From: a bacterium
Lineage (GTDB): Bacteria; Patescibacteriota; Minisyncoccia; Phycocordibacterales; Phycocordibacteraceae
NCBI GenBank assembly: GCA_023269085.1
Contig: JAHFML010000001.1
Span: 11,966-75,965 of the forward strand
Direction of reading: 5' to 3'
DNA: 64,000 nt
Shown here piece after piece: positions 54,937 through 64,000 of this stretch. Position 1 is the stretch's first letter; each line of letters begins with the position of its first letter. Made by a program: the position numbers and the translations under genes. The notes under the pieces were generated by a model. The model was not told where the DNA came from. It searched no databases and was given only the letters and a program-made list of their open reading frames with translations.

Positions 54937-55953
54937 TTATAGAACATATCGTTCAACAGGAAAACTTGTTTCTCCGATAATATGATGGAGTTCATTTATA
55001 CCAATTAGATTAATCGGCGTCTTGTATTCGGAACCTGCCTCTCGAATAGCGCTAGCGGTAAAGTGACTCGTTGAAATAATTACTCCTTGCGTATTCAATC
55101 CCATACTCCCTCGCAAATTAGCGACTTCGTTTCTTCCTACGGAATGCTTCCATCTCTTGACTTGGAACGAGTACTGCAGATTTATTGAGACAGGATTTCT
55201 AAGTGTAGCGTTTACATCAACCCCATCATCTCCACTCTTTTTTGTAACGCGCACATCAGAAAAACCAACATGACTTATGAGATTACTCACAACCACTTCA
55301 AACCTATATGGATCTACCGTCATAAATTTCAGTTTCATCTTTTCAACATCTCTTAGTCTTTCTACCTCATGTGCGTCTATTGTCTCTGTTTCGGCAGCTT
55401 CTTTTGCTATGGAGGTATCACCTTCAAATGTATTCTCTTTAATCTTATTGAAAATGGGAGTGAACGGGTCTGTAAATTCTCCGATTTTAAGAGACGGGAT
55501 TTCTGATATTATTTTGAATTCAAAAACAAGGACTTTTCGCATAGATCCTTCATGATCAAGCTGATAATCCTCGTAGTGTCTCAACAGGTATAGGAATCCT
55601 ATAAATTTATATTTGTTTGTATCTTCTTTTATAAAACCTAGAATTGGTATTGGCTTGTCTATTTGTTCCAAAAGTCTTTTGTTTACACCGGAAATATGCT
55701 GTTCTCCTTTTAGTCCAGCGCCCGTGTATGTAAGAATATCTTCTTCGATACGATCTGCGTATGGATTTCTGATAGCATCTTTGTCTGCTTCTGTAGAAGT
55801 TATGAGAACAACGAAGTCCAATTCTTTTTGGGAGTTTAATTTTGGCCTTATCCCTCCAAGATTGGCAACGTCAAGCGCGTAATGAATTTGGTCATTTGTA
55901 TAATACTTACCGACTTCAAGTATCGTTGGTGTTACGAGTTGTCTCATATACAA
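54937..55953 (-). CDS. Mrr-like type IV restriction endonuclease (C-terminal Mrr_cat PD-(D/E)xK domain, N-terminal putative modified-DNA-binding domain)
   Basis: C-terminus FEVVVSNLISHVGFSDVRVTKKSGDDGVDV...QVKRW...GVIISTSHFTASA matches the Mrr catalytic domain pattern. Confidence 0.65.
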   Translation of the reverse strand: MYMRQLVTPTILEVGKYYTNDQIHYALDVANLGGIRPKLNSQKELDFVVLITSTEADKDAIRNPYADRIEEDILTYTGAGLKGEQHISGVNKRLLEQIDKPIPILGFIKEDTNKYKFIGFLYLLRHYEDYQLDHEGSMRKVLVFEFKIISEIPSLKIGEFTDPFTPIFNKIKENTFEGDTSIAKEAAETETIDAHEVERLRDVEKMKLKFMTVDPYRFEVVVSNLISHVGFSDVRVTKKSGDDGVDVNATLRNPVSINLQYSFQVKRWKHSVGRNEVANLRGSMGLNTQGVIISTSHFTASAIREAGSEYKTPINLIGINELHHIIGETSFPVERYVL

Positions 55954-56120
55954 AAAGAAACTTGCCTTCTGCTTTCAGAGAAGAGACGCGAGAGCGAACC
56001 CACGATCTTGAGCATCTCTTGATAGTAACCAACGCGTTCTGTGTCTTGATTGTTCAGAAACATGATTGAATCATACCAGAAATTCCTTTAAATCGCTTTA
56101 TGAAAAAGGAAGGACTGGTT

Positions 56121-56142
56121 TGTAGACACCTAGTGTCCTACA
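56121..56142. repeat. REP-like variant, copy 5 (tgtagacacctagtgtcctaca)
   Basis: Core 14-mer identical, flanks diverged. Lies 3' of the minus-strand gene 56183-56512. Confidence 0.75.
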
Positions 56143-56182
56143 CTTCGGTGGGAACGGGCGCGGGCGCGGAGGAGCTTGAAGA

Positions 56183-56512
56183 CTATGAGGAGCGCGCTGA
56201 TGACAGAGAAGACTTCGCCCATGAGGCGGGCGGCGTCGTCGCGATATACAGGAAGGCGAGCGGCAGAGCCCACACCACGAACTTGAGCCACGACTTGAAG
56301 ATCTCGCGCGGTACGAAAACGAGGATGATGGTGATGGGGAGGGTGTAGAGGGCGAAGAAATATAAAGGATATGTTATTTCTGGAATAATTTGCTCTATTA
56401 TTGTTCGATAACACATATGGTCAATACTTACACACCACTGACTAAAATTACCGAACCCGACAGCTATCAAAGCAACTACAGCAGGCACAAATTGCATCAT
56501 TCTTGATTTCAT
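56183..56512 (-). CDS. Hypothetical membrane protein
   Basis: ORF with 3 TM segments. Confidence 0.35.
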   Translation of the reverse strand: MKSRMMQFVPAVVALIAVGFGNFSQWCVSIDHMCYRTIIEQIIPEITYPLYFFALYTLPITIILVFVPREIFKSWLKFVVWALPLAFLYIATTPPASWAKSSLSSARSS

Positions 56513-56587
56513 AATTTAGAAAAAGTTTATGAGAGCGGCCCAGAGCCTATGCAGGTTAGTATAAACCCCGCTCGCCAAATTCTAATT

Positions 56588-56609
56588 TGTAGACACCTAG
56601 TGTCCTATA
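56588..56609. repeat. REP-like variant, copy 6 (tgtagacacctagtgtcctata)
   Basis: Core 14-mer identical. Lies 3' of the minus-strand gene 56597-57025. Confidence 0.75.
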
Positions 56610-57025
56610 TTTCTGCGAGCACGGAGGAGGATGACAAGTGTGGTGATGATATAGACGATGCCAAGGAGCTGGGTCATCGCTTCGTAGTCCGGATGGCTCG
56701 ACGAGAGGAGCGAGAGGATGGATGTCGGGGAGAAGAAGATGACGGCAATAAGAGCGATCGGGAGGAACCAGCGGCTCATGCGCCACCACGCACGGAGGCC
56801 CGCCTCATTCGCAAAGAGGAGGATCACACCCGCGACCGCGAGCATCTCTCCCGCGGCGATGAGTGGCCAACCAATACTTACAGCAGCATCGGCTAAACAA
56901 ATATAATTCTGGTCTGCTTGTCTTGTACAGAAACCAAAAACAGTTGGGTCGCTTAAGAATTCACCAACTAAATACATAACCCCCGCAAGAGTCAGAAAAG
57001 ATAATTTCGGTTTCCAATTTTTCAT
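56597..57025 (-). CDS. Hypothetical membrane protein
   Basis: ORF starting MKNWKPKLSF with 4 TM segments. Confidence 0.4.
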   Translation of the reverse strand: MKNWKPKLSFLTLAGVMYLVGEFLSDPTVFGFCTRQADQNYICLADAAVSIGWPLIAAGEMLAVAGVILLFANEAGLRAWWRMSRWFLPIALIAVIFFSPTSILSLLSSSHPDYEAMTQLLGIVYIITTLVILLRARRNIGH

Positions 57026-57687
57026 AAGATATGCGTGAGTGCGCTCCAGAGACGGCTCCACGCGCCCTGCCACCAATGATACACCGGCACGGTCGTTGTC
57101 GCTGAGTGCGAATCTGATAACGCCGCGGCGGCGGTCTGCGAAATAGCCGGCATCGATGACTTTTTGGGTGTGGCGAGAGTCGGGCGCGCTCTCATGATCG
57201 AAGCCGCATTGTGTGTCGAGCTCGCAGTGAGAAGCTGCTTGACTGGGACAACGCTTGCTGATACTGGCGCGCTCGTTGCAACTGGCGCAGAGCTATGAGT
57301 GGTGATAGGTACCGAGATGCTCCCCGGTGAAGAAGCCGCCACGGCGCGAGCCGGAGGAGCGGGTGGCTGATACGCGACGAGCGCCCCCGCCTTGGGCGTC
57401 ATGACACTGTCGGGCGTGCCGTCACCATTCAGATCGAGCGAGAGCGGCGAGAGTGTTTGTGTCGCGTCGAGTGAGAAGGTCGCCTGCGTGTTCGCGGTGA
57501 CGGGAATGTCGGCGAGCGTTGTCTCCCCCGTCACACCGCCGTCTGCATCGAGGCTCTGCACCTGGATATTCGCGAGCCCCGTGCCCGAGCCGCTCACTCG
57601 CACCGAGTAGGGCGCGCCCTGCGGCAGATAGATGAACTTCTCGTCGCCCGAGGTGGGGATAAAATAAAGAAGGTATACTGCGAGCAT
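57022..57687 (-). CDS. Hypothetical secreted/anchored low-complexity (Ser/Thr/Ala/Pro-rich) protein
   Basis: Start taken at MLAVYLLYFIP. Its start codon overlaps the divergent plus-strand gene start by 2 nt. Uncertain. Confidence 0.25.
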   Translation of the reverse strand: MLAVYLLYFIPTSGDEKFIYLPQGAPYSVRVSGSGTGLANIQVQSLDADGGVTGETTLADIPVTANTQATFSLDATQTLSPLSLDLNGDGTPDSVMTPKAGALVAYQPPAPPARAVAASSPGSISVPITTHSSAPVATSAPVSASVVPVKQLLTASSTHNAASIMRARPTLATPKKSSMPAISQTAAAALSDSHSATTTVPVYHWWQGAWSRLWSALTHIL

Positions 57688-59380
57688 GATGACCACCGAT
57701 GCATTGAAAAGCGCGCTGACCAAAGTGATGAAGGGCGAGGTGAGCGATGATGAAGGCGCGCGACGCAGAGCGTCGCGCGACACCTCCCTCTTCACCCGCA
57801 CACCTTCGCTCGTCGTGTACCCCAAGAACGCCGCAGACGTGAGTGCCGCGGTGAAAGAGGTAGCCCGCGCCCGCTCCGCGGGCGCGGAAGTCTCTCTCAC
57901 CGCTCGCGCCGCGGGCACCGACATGTCGGGCGGCCCGCTCACGACCAGCGTCGTGATCTCCTTCACCGAACACATGAATCATATGGGCACTGTTGAACCT
58001 GGGACACGGATGTCCAAGTTGAGTGCCGGCTATGCCGTGTGCGAGCCCGGCGTCCTCTATCGCGACTTCGAGAAAGCGACCCTCGCGAAGAATCTCATCC
58101 TCCCCTCTTACCCCGCATCACGCGAGCTCGCGGCGATGGGCGGCATCGTCGGCAACGACTCGGGCGGCGAACGCACCCTCGCCTACGGCAAGACCGCCCG
58201 CTATGTCGAGGAGCTCGAGGTCGTCCTCTCGGACGGCTCACTCGCGACTTTCAAATCGCTCACGCCAGAAGAGGTCGAGGATAAAAAGAAATTGCAAACG
58301 CTCGAGGGCACTATCTATCGCGATATGGACGCGCTTCTCTCTAAGAACGCCGCGCTCATCGAGGCGCATCGCCCGAAGGTGTCGAAGAATGCCGCCGGCT
58401 ACGCGTTGTGGGACATCCGCGACGAGCGCACCGGCGCGACCAATCTCGCGAAGCTCATCACCGGCTCGCAGGGGACGCTCGCACTCTGGCACCATGCGAG
58501 GCTCGGCCTCGTCACACCGAAGGAGCATCGTGCGATGCTCGTCATCTTCTTGAACGACCTCGCTATCCTCCCCGAGATAGTTGCGCGGGTCCTCAAAGAA
58601 AATCCCGAATCCTTTGAGAGCTATGACGATCACACCTTCTCGCTCGCGGTGAAGTTCATGCCGCAGATGCTCGCGCAGATGGGCTTCACCAAGGCCGCAC
58701 GGCTCGGGGTGAGCTTCATCCCCGAGGCCTTCATGGTCGCGACCGGCGGCGTGCCGAAGCTCATCCTCATGGCCGAGTTCGCTGAAGCGACAATCGAAGA
58801 AGCGGATCGCCGCGCCACTGCCGCCCGCGCCGCGCTTGCCGATCTCAATCTGCAAACGAAAATCGAGAAGAACGAAAAAGAATCGGAGAAGTACTGGATC
58901 GTCCGTCGCGAGAGCTTCAATCTCTTGCGTAAGAACATGCACGGTCTTCACACCGCGCCCTTCATCGACGACTTCGTGGTCCCGCCCGCGAGCTATCCGG
59001 AGTTCTTGCCGAAGCTCGACGCGCTCCTTGCAAAATATTCGACGCACTTCATCTACACCATCGCGGGTCACATCGGCAACGGCAACTTCCACATCATCCC
59101 GCTCATGGATATCAGCAACCCAGAGAATCGTCAGGTCGTCCTCGACCTCGCGCCCGAAGTCTATCGGCTCGTCATATCGGTTGGTGGTACCACGACCGGC
59201 GAGCACAACGACGGCATTGTCCGCACGCCGTATCTCCCGATGCTCTATGGCAACGAGATGATTGCGCTCTTCGCGCAGACGAAAAATATCTTCGACCCGC
59301 AAAATATTTTCAATCCGGGTAAAAAAGTCGGCGGCACCTTCGACGACATCAAGCGCGACATGATCACCGAGAATACATAA
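57686..59380 (+). CDS. FAD-linked oxidase (GlcD / D-lactate dehydrogenase-like, FAD_binding_4 plus C-terminal domain)
   Basis: 564 aa. FAD-binding N-terminal domain pattern and a C-terminal HNDGIV region. Confidence 0.75.
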   Translation: MMTTDALKSALTKVMKGEVSDDEGARRRASRDTSLFTRTPSLVVYPKNAADVSAAVKEVARARSAGAEVSLTARAAGTDMSGGPLTTSVVISFTEHMNHMGTVEPGTRMSKLSAGYAVCEPGVLYRDFEKATLAKNLILPSYPASRELAAMGGIVGNDSGGERTLAYGKTARYVEELEVVLSDGSLATFKSLTPEEVEDKKKLQTLEGTIYRDMDALLSKNAALIEAHRPKVSKNAAGYALWDIRDERTGATNLAKLITGSQGTLALWHHARLGLVTPKEHRAMLVIFLNDLAILPEIVARVLKENPESFESYDDHTFSLAVKFMPQMLAQMGFTKAARLGVSFIPEAFMVATGGVPKLILMAEFAEATIEEADRRATAARAALADLNLQTKIEKNEKESEKYWIVRRESFNLLRKNMHGLHTAPFIDDFVVPPASYPEFLPKLDALLAKYSTHFIYTIAGHIGNGNFHIIPLMDISNPENRQVVLDLAPEVYRLVISVGGTTTGEHNDGIVRTPYLPMLYGNEMIALFAQTKNIFDPQNIFNPGKKVGGTFDDIKRDMITENT

Positions 59381-59402
59381 CAGAGCGCCGCATGAAGCGG
59401 CG

Positions 59403-59717
59403 CTAAGGGATAACTGTGTGGGCTCTTTCTGTTTCAGAAAAGATTCGGAGGATAACCTCCGCGAGTTCGTTATATCTTGCTTCAAGCCGCACCCTGACCC
59501 TTTCGATCTCCTCAAGACACAAGACTTCTTGAGCAAGAAGCTCATTTAGCTCTTCTGTGAGTCCTCTTATCTGATTGTCATTTGCGTTGAACATCTGGCG
59601 AGATCCTTTGCAGTCACGAAGAACAATCGTCGCTAACTTTCTCAGATCCACCATGCCTTCACATATCCCGCCAAGACGACGAGCAATTCTCTTCTTCTGT
59701 TCCCACTCCTTTTCCAT
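59403..59717 (-). CDS. Hypothetical coiled-coil protein
   Basis: ORF from MEKEWEQKK. Confidence 0.25.
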   Translation of the reverse strand: MEKEWEQKKRIARRLGGICEGMVDLRKLATIVLRDCKGSRQMFNANDNQIRGLTEELNELLAQEVLCLEEIERVRVRLEARYNELAEVILRIFSETERAHTVIP

Positions 59718-59873
59718 CACACGACTCCGAAGCTGCTCCTCTCCTACCCTATCACGCGATCGGGGCGACAGTTGGTCATTCAGAATGAAATGTGGGGACA
59801 GGCGCGTAGTAAGCGGTAGCACGCTATACTGATCGGCGTACTCGTTATCTCCTTATTTCTTTACCCTTTTTCC

Positions 59874-61667
59874 ATGATCACGCTTCCCGCTCCTGTTCGC
59901 GTCGTTTGGCAGAAGATACAAGGCTACGCACTCGCGCACAAAGCCATAGCGACTATTATCGCGCTCGTCCTTCTCTATGGCGGTTGGTCGCTCTATGGCC
60001 GACTCACCGCGCCCTCGACCGCGACGCGTTACGTGACCGCCACGGCAGCGACCGGCACCGTCGTCGCGACGATGAGCGAGACCGGCCAAGTCTCGGCGAG
60101 CTCGAACATCGATATTCTCGCGAAGTCTTCGGGCGAGGTGCTCTCACTCCCGGTCGTACCGGGCACCCATGTCGACGCCGGTTCAGCACTCGCGAGCATT
60201 GACCCGACGACCGCCCTCCAGAATGTGACCAGCGCGCGTCAAGCGCTCCAGTCGGCGCAGATCGCGCTCGCGAAGCTCCAAGAACCCGCCGCCACCTCGA
60301 CGCGCACGGGGGCTGAGAATGCGAGCGCGGCCGCAGCGGCCGCGCTCGTCCAGACGCACCAGACCGGCTATAACGACATCTCGACCGCCTTCCTCACTTT
60401 ACCGAACGTCATCACGAGCCTCGACACCGTCCTCCACGGTACGACGGTCCCGGGCCGCACGAGCGAGCAGAACGAGAATGCCTATAGCGACATGGTCGAG
60501 TCGCTTGACCCGAGCGTCGTGCAATATCGAACCGCGGCAGAGAGCGCCTACCAGAAAGCGTATGCCGCCTACACCAAAGCGCTCGCCGACTTCAAAGCGA
60601 CACCGCGCAACGCGAGTGATACGGCAATCGAGTCGCTCTTGACCGAATCCTATGCCGCGGCGGCCGATCTCTCTGATGCGCTCAAGGCTTCGACCAACTT
60701 CCTCAACTTCGTGAACACCACGCTCACGAGCCACACGCTCGCGCTCCCCACAACACTCGCTCCGCATATCGCGACGCTCACGGCGAACACCACGACGACC
60801 AACACCTCCGTCGCCGCGCTCTCGAGTGATGTCGCGAACGTGACCAGCGGCGAGCGTGCGGTCGCCGCAGCCAAGGCGTCGCTCGATGCGACGATCGCCG
60901 GCGCTGACCCGCTCGATGTGCAATCGTCGCAGCTCTCGCTCCAGATGAAGCAGGATGCTCTTGAAATTGCACAGCAGGCGCTCGCCGATACGATCGTGCG
61001 TGCGCCCTTCAGCGGTACCGTCGCCAAAGTGAATGTGCAGAAGTACGCAACGATCGGCTCGGGCACGTCGGTCGCCACGCTCGTGAGCGATAACCAGAGC
61101 GTTGATATCTCGGTCAACGAAGTCGACGCCGCGAAGCTCAAGGTCGGGGAGAAGGCGACGATCACCTTCGACGCGCTCGCGAACATTTCTATCGCGGGCA
61201 CCGTCGCGACAGTGAATACTATCGGCACCGCCTCTTCGGGCGTCGTCTCCTATGCGGCGATGATCACCTTCGATACGCCGAACCAGGACGTGAAGCCCGG
61301 CATGAGCGCGACCGTCAGCATCATCACCGGCACCGCGACGGGTATCACTATCCCGAGCGCCGCCGTGAAGGGTGCGACCGGACAGAGCTATGTCCAAGTC
61401 TTCAATCCACCGCTCGCCAATTCTGCGACGAGCCCCGGAGCGACCTCGACGACACCGCCCGTGCGCACCCCCGTCATTCTCGGGCTCTCGGGCGACACCG
61501 AGGTTATCGTCGAACGCGGTCTCGTCGCCGGCGATCAGGTCGTGACGCAGACCACCGCCGGAGCGACCGCGGCAACCGCCGCCTCTTCTGCCGCACGCAA
61601 CACCTCGGTCTTCGGCGGCGGCAGTACGCGCCCTAGCGGTGGCGGCGCAGTCCTCCGCGGACTCTAA
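59874..61667 (+). CDS. Efflux periplasmic adaptor (HlyD/MacA-like membrane fusion protein) with a long coiled-coil
   Basis: N-terminal TM, a lipoyl/beta-barrel (IVRAPFSGTVAKVNV) and an Ala/Thr-rich coiled-coil. Precedes the ABC ATPase and FtsX permease. Confidence 0.7.
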   Translation: MITLPAPVRVVWQKIQGYALAHKAIATIIALVLLYGGWSLYGRLTAPSTATRYVTATAATGTVVATMSETGQVSASSNIDILAKSSGEVLSLPVVPGTHVDAGSALASIDPTTALQNVTSARQALQSAQIALAKLQEPAATSTRTGAENASAAAAAALVQTHQTGYNDISTAFLTLPNVITSLDTVLHGTTVPGRTSEQNENAYSDMVESLDPSVVQYRTAAESAYQKAYAAYTKALADFKATPRNASDTAIESLLTESYAAAADLSDALKASTNFLNFVNTTLTSHTLALPTTLAPHIATLTANTTTTNTSVAALSSDVANVTSGERAVAAAKASLDATIAGADPLDVQSSQLSLQMKQDALEIAQQALADTIVRAPFSGTVAKVNVQKYATIGSGTSVATLVSDNQSVDISVNEVDAAKLKVGEKATITFDALANISIAGTVATVNTIGTASSGVVSYAAMITFDTPNQDVKPGMSATVSIITGTATGITIPSAAVKGATGQSYVQVFNPPLANSATSPGATSTTPPVRTPVILGLSGDTEVIVERGLVAGDQVVTQTTAGATAATAASSAARNTSVFGGGSTRPSGGGAVLRGL

Positions 61668-61673
61668 CCTGCC

Positions 61674-62411
61674 ATGATCGATCTCCGCAATATCACGAAG
61701 ACCTACGGCTCGGGCCCCGAGGCCTACACCGCCCTCCGCAGCATCACCTTCTCGATCGACGAAGGCGAGTTCGTCGCTATTATGGGCCCCTCGGGCTCGG
61801 GCAAGTCGACCCTCATGCACATTCTCGGCTGTCTCGACACGCCGAGCCAAGGGACCTTCTCGCTTGATGGCCGCGATGTGTCGACGATGACCGACGACGA
61901 ACTCGCCGAGGTGCGCAAGGACAAAATAGGCTTCGTCTTCCAATCCTTCAATCTCCTCCCGCGCACGACCGTCCTGCGCAATGTCCTGCTCCCGCTCGTG
62001 TACGCCGGCATCGACCACGCCGAACGCGAAGATCGCGCCGAGCAGGCGCTTCTCGCCGCCGGGCTCACGCCAGAATATTTCTCGCACCTCTCCAATCAGC
62101 TCTCAGGTGGCCAGATCCAGCGCGTCGCTATCGCCCGCGCGCTCGTGAACGATCCGGCGCTCATCCTCGCCGATGAGCCGACCGGAAACCTCGATTCGCG
62201 TACGAGCCTTATCGTGCTCGGCACGCTCCAAGAGCTGAACCGCGCGCATGGCCGCACGATTATCCTCATCACCCACGAGCCCGACATCGCCGAGCACGCC
62301 GACCGCATCATCCGCCTCCGCGATGGCGAGATTGTCTCTGACGAGAAAAATAAAAAGGTTCGCGACGCAGTCGGCGAGACGCAATTATATGACGATAAAA
62401 ATACGGTATGA
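61674..62411 (+). CDS. ABC transporter ATP-binding protein (MacB/LolD type)
   Basis: GPSGSGKSTL, LSGGQIQRVAIARAL, ILADEPTGNLD. Confidence 0.9.
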   Translation: MIDLRNITKTYGSGPEAYTALRSITFSIDEGEFVAIMGPSGSGKSTLMHILGCLDTPSQGTFSLDGRDVSTMTDDELAEVRKDKIGFVFQSFNLLPRTTVLRNVLLPLVYAGIDHAEREDRAEQALLAAGLTPEYFSHLSNQLSGGQIQRVAIARALVNDPALILADEPTGNLDSRTSLIVLGTLQELNRAHGRTIILITHEPDIAEHADRIIRLRDGEIVSDEKNKKVRDAVGETQLYDDKNTV

Positions 62412-63643
62412 AAAATCGCGACCTCATTGACGAAACCTACGCCGCCCTCTCGGCGAACAAATCGCGCTCGGCGCTCACTATTCTCGGCATCGTGATAGGC
62501 ATCGCCTCGGTCATTGCGCTCACTGCTATCGGCCAGGGCGCGCAGAATTCTATCCAGTCCTCGATCCAATCGATCGGCTCGAACCTTATCGAGGTCTTGC
62601 CGGGCGCGGCGCGACAAATAGGCTTCGGCGCTTCGGGCGGCCGCGGCACCGCACGCTCGCTCACGAATGCGGACAAAACAGCGGTCGCGAATGTTGCAAA
62701 TATCGCGGCGATCTCGGGCGAATATTCGAGCCGCTTCCAGGTCGCCGCGGCAGGAGCGAACACGAACACCTCCGTCGATGGCGTCGACGCGGCGTATGCA
62801 AGCATCCGCAATCTCGTGATCGATCAGGGGACGTTCATCACTGATGTACAATCTTCTTCGCTCGCTCGCGTCGCGGTCGTCGGGCCCACCGTCGTCACCG
62901 ATCTCTTCGGCGCTTCTGCGGTCGCGAGCGACGCTATCGGGGCTCGTATCCGCATCAATAATTTACAATTCACTATTCAAGGCGTCACGAAGACGAAGGG
63001 CGGCTCGGGCTTCGGCAATCAGGACACGATGATCTATATCCCGATCGGCACCGCGCTCCAGTACTTCGCCGGCGCGAGCAACCAGTATCTCTCGACTATC
63101 GACATCCAAGCAGCCGATCAGACCAGCATGACGCAGGTACAAAATGACGTGACAAGCCTGCTCCTCACGCGGCACAATATCACCGACTCGACCAAAGCCG
63201 ACTTCAGCATCTTGAATCAGGCCGACATCGTCTCGACCGCCTCGAGCATCACCTCGACCTTCACCACGCTCCTCGCGGCGGTCGCGGGCATCTCGCTCAT
63301 CGTCGGCGGTATCGGTATCATGAACATGATGCTCACGACCGTCACCGAGCGCATGCGCGAGATCGGGCTCCGCAAGGCTATCGGCGCAACGCGAAGAGAT
63401 ATCAATATGCAATTCCTCGCTGAGGCGGTCGCGCTCACCTTCGTCGGCGGCGCGCTCGGCATCGCGCTCGGCTGGGGCGTCTCGTATCTCGTGTCATCGT
63501 TCGGCATCGTCCAAGCGCAAGTGACGCTCTCCTCCGTCCTGCTCGCCTTCGGCGTCTCGGCCGCGATCGGCATCGTCTTCGGCTGGTATCCGGCCCGCCG
63601 CGCCTCGAACCTGAACCCGATCGACGCGCTACGGTATGAATAA
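62408..63643 (+). CDS. ABC transporter permease (FtsX/MacB-type, 4 TM with a large periplasmic loop)
   Basis: N-terminal TM, periplasmic domain, C-terminal FtsX fold. 4-nt overlap with the ATPase gene. Confidence 0.85.
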   Translation: MKNRDLIDETYAALSANKSRSALTILGIVIGIASVIALTAIGQGAQNSIQSSIQSIGSNLIEVLPGAARQIGFGASGGRGTARSLTNADKTAVANVANIAAISGEYSSRFQVAAAGANTNTSVDGVDAAYASIRNLVIDQGTFITDVQSSSLARVAVVGPTVVTDLFGASAVASDAIGARIRINNLQFTIQGVTKTKGGSGFGNQDTMIYIPIGTALQYFAGASNQYLSTIDIQAADQTSMTQVQNDVTSLLLTRHNITDSTKADFSILNQADIVSTASSITSTFTTLLAAVAGISLIVGGIGIMNMMLTTVTERMREIGLRKAIGATRRDINMQFLAEAVALTFVGGALGIALGWGVSYLVSSFGIVQAQVTLSSVLLAFGVSAAIGIVFGWYPARRASNLNPIDALRYE

Positions 63644-63731
63644 AAAATATTCGAGAGGCGTACTAGACGCAAGTCTCGAAAAGTGTGAGTGGCACGCTTG
63701 ACGATGCCGACACCGACCGCCCAATAACTCG

Positions 63732-63774
63732 CAAGGTTCGACCTTTGGCCCAAAATCTTCAAGGTCGAACCTTG
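63732..63774. repeat. Palindromic hairpin element, family B copy 3 (caaggttcgacctt / aaggtcgaaccttg, 15-nt loop)
   Basis: Seen directly. Intergenic, followed by gaat as in copy 2. Confidence 0.8.
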
Positions 63775-63898
63775 AATACCGTTATCCACAGTTGGCTTGC
63801 GTTTCGCGCACATTTCTGGCATATTATAGGTACTCGCAGAGTATCCGAGCTCCGATAGGTGTTCAGTTTCGGCGAGATTAACCGGTTTAGATCTACAC

Positions 63899-64000
63899 AT
63901 GGATAATCCTCAGGCAGCAGCAGTACAAGGGAACAAGCTTTACGTAGGCGGCATTCCCTATCGCTCAACCGAAGATGATATGAAGAAGGCCTTTAGCGAG
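63899..64000 (+). CDS. RNA-binding protein with RRM domain (5' part only; runs off the window)
   Basis: MDNPQAAAVQGNKLYVGGIPYRSTEDDMKKAF contains RNP2 (LYVGGI). Confidence 0.5.
   Translation, partial: MDNPQAAAVQGNKLYVGGIPYRSTEDDMKKAFSE

Noticed and set aside
56100-56896. Plus-strand ORFs 56100-56348 and 56549-56896, both containing the peptide CRHLVSY
   Set aside because: The shared peptide is just the translation of the REP-like palindrome copies. The credible genes here are the minus-strand membrane proteins.
1-64000. CRISPR arrays and rRNA genes
   Set aside because: No short direct repeats regularly interspaced with unique spacers and no rRNA-like conserved blocks were seen. The only recurring elements are the palindromic REP-like families.

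Overview
This is a 64-kb stretch of a bacterial chromosome. The core is GC-rich by eye. Two stretches look more AT-rich and are interpreted as accessory DNA: about 18.8-31.3 kb and about 49-56 kb. No GC content was computed.

Core genes (mostly minus strand at the left end): the rod-shape cluster PBP2(mrdA)-mreD-mreC-mreB, then proS, rseP, frr, holB, a second MreB paralog, def-fmt, hpf, a YggU-like gene, csp, mltG, tspO. Further right: an alpha-glucan/glycogen cluster (GT4 synthase-like, GH57, GH15, PGI/PMI, ROK glucokinase), PAP2 phosphatases, a short P1B-type ATPase, a SET-domain protein, a 3D-domain protein, an FAD-linked oxidase and a MacA/MacB-type efflux triad.

Accessory region 1: a type I restriction-modification (R-M) operon hsdM-hsdS-hsdR. 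The hsdM ORF has an in-frame N-terminal HTH extension. An OLD-family ATPase/TOPRIM nuclease gene and an unknown 296-aa gene are inserted into the operon. It is followed by a DUF45 metallopeptidase and flanked by a large serine recombinase. It abuts a tRNA gene that appears to be split by a roughly 580-nt intervening sequence encoding an HNH endonuclease (group-I-intron-like).

Accessory region 2: a zeta-toxin-like kinase plus a small ORF, a pRiA4b-ORF3-like protein, a ClpP-fold SDH protease plus DUF3800 pair, several unknown ORFs, and an Mrr-type type IV restriction enzyme.

Three families of palindromic repeats are visible. (i) A REP-like element with core gacacctagtgtcc, six copies, two of them flanking an IS200-like/RAYT-type transposase gene. 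(ii) An aaggttcgacctt...aaggtcgaacctt hairpin with three copies, one inserted in-frame inside def. (iii) A ggacatcg...gatgtcc palindrome inserted in-frame inside holB, with a related copy next to a REP.

No rRNA genes and no CRISPR array were seen.
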